A stretch of DNA of 27,353 nt from contig JBAYWA010000001.1 of assembly GCA_041674325.1 (NCBI GenBank), positions 1-27,353 on the forward strand, given 5' to 3'. Below the pieces are notes generated by a model. It was not told the DNA's origin and searched no databases. It saw nothing but the letters and a program-made list of their open reading frames with translations. Of the stretch, positions 27,181 to 27,353 are shown one piece after another (positions within the stretch are counted from its first letter, which is position 1; each line of letters begins with the position of its first letter). The DNA comes from Melioribacteraceae bacterium. GTDB taxonomy: Bacteria > Bacteroidota > Ignavibacteria > Ignavibacteriales > Melioribacteraceae. The translations under genes were made by a program, and so were the position numbers.

Positions 27181-27353
27181 TTAATTGGATTCAAAAATTA
27201 ATTTACAAATCTCATCCTGAATTGATTTTGCGCGATCAGAGTCTCCCGTAAAATTTTGCATCAGTATCGAAAATGCAATGAGATGATTATTTCTGCTCCG
27301 CAGAAATCCGGATAAATTGCTTACGCCGCTCAGACTCCCGGTTTTCCCGTGAA
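27181..27353 (-). CDS. dacB: 3' end of a D-alanyl-D-alanine carboxypeptidase/endopeptidase (peptidase S13, PBP4), not in the ORF track
   Basis: The minus-strand frame from 27351 reads HGKTGSLSGVSNLSGFLRSRNNHLIAFSILMQNF...IQDEICKLIFESN*. This is the KTG triad followed by the typical S13 C-terminal pattern. Confidence 0.82.
   Translation of the reverse strand, partial: HGKTGSLSGVSNLSGFLRSRNNHLIAFSILMQNFTGDSDRAKSIQDEICKLIFESN

Noticed and set aside
1-27353. tRNA/rRNA genes, CRISPR arrays, IS elements or prophage genes
   Set aside because: Intergenic gaps are short (at most about 280 bp), and I saw no cloverleaf, spaced repeats, transposase or integrase motifs.

Overview
Gene-dense bacterial chromosomal window, probably from an FCB-group organism. 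My impression is Ignavibacteria-like, an inference from protein style, the signal-peptide TonB receptor and GGAG-type Shine-Dalgarno sites. From left to right it holds: a 5'-truncated TonB-dependent receptor; a cytoplasmic PAS histidine kinase with an NtrC-family sigma-54 response regulator that is split by a 1-nt frameshift near 2711-2725; a DUF4139/DUF4140 protein; and a stand-alone 8-gene minus-strand ulosonic-acid cassette (6984-14312). That cassette encodes a sialyltransferase-motif GT-B protein, an SpsF-type cytidylyltransferase, a split transketolase with remodelled active-site residues, a class III aminotransferase, an SDR, a KdsC/KDN-9-P-type phosphatase and a short NeuB. It is followed by a saccharopine-dehydrogenase-like oxidoreductase, a secreted 16-repeat MORN-variant protein, a hot-dog thioesterase convergent on a complete menF-D-H-B-A-C-E operon, a divergent MarR regulator with repeated operator-like palindromes, prmA and the 3' end of dacB. 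The best candidate for an undescribed system is the ulosonate cassette. It lacks the diagnostic enzymes of the Neu, Leg and Pse pathways and seems built to make an amino- and/or carbon-modified KDN-like sugar. The product is inferred, not shown. I recognised no RNA genes, CRISPR arrays or mobile elements. All comparisons to reference proteins are from memory, not from a search.
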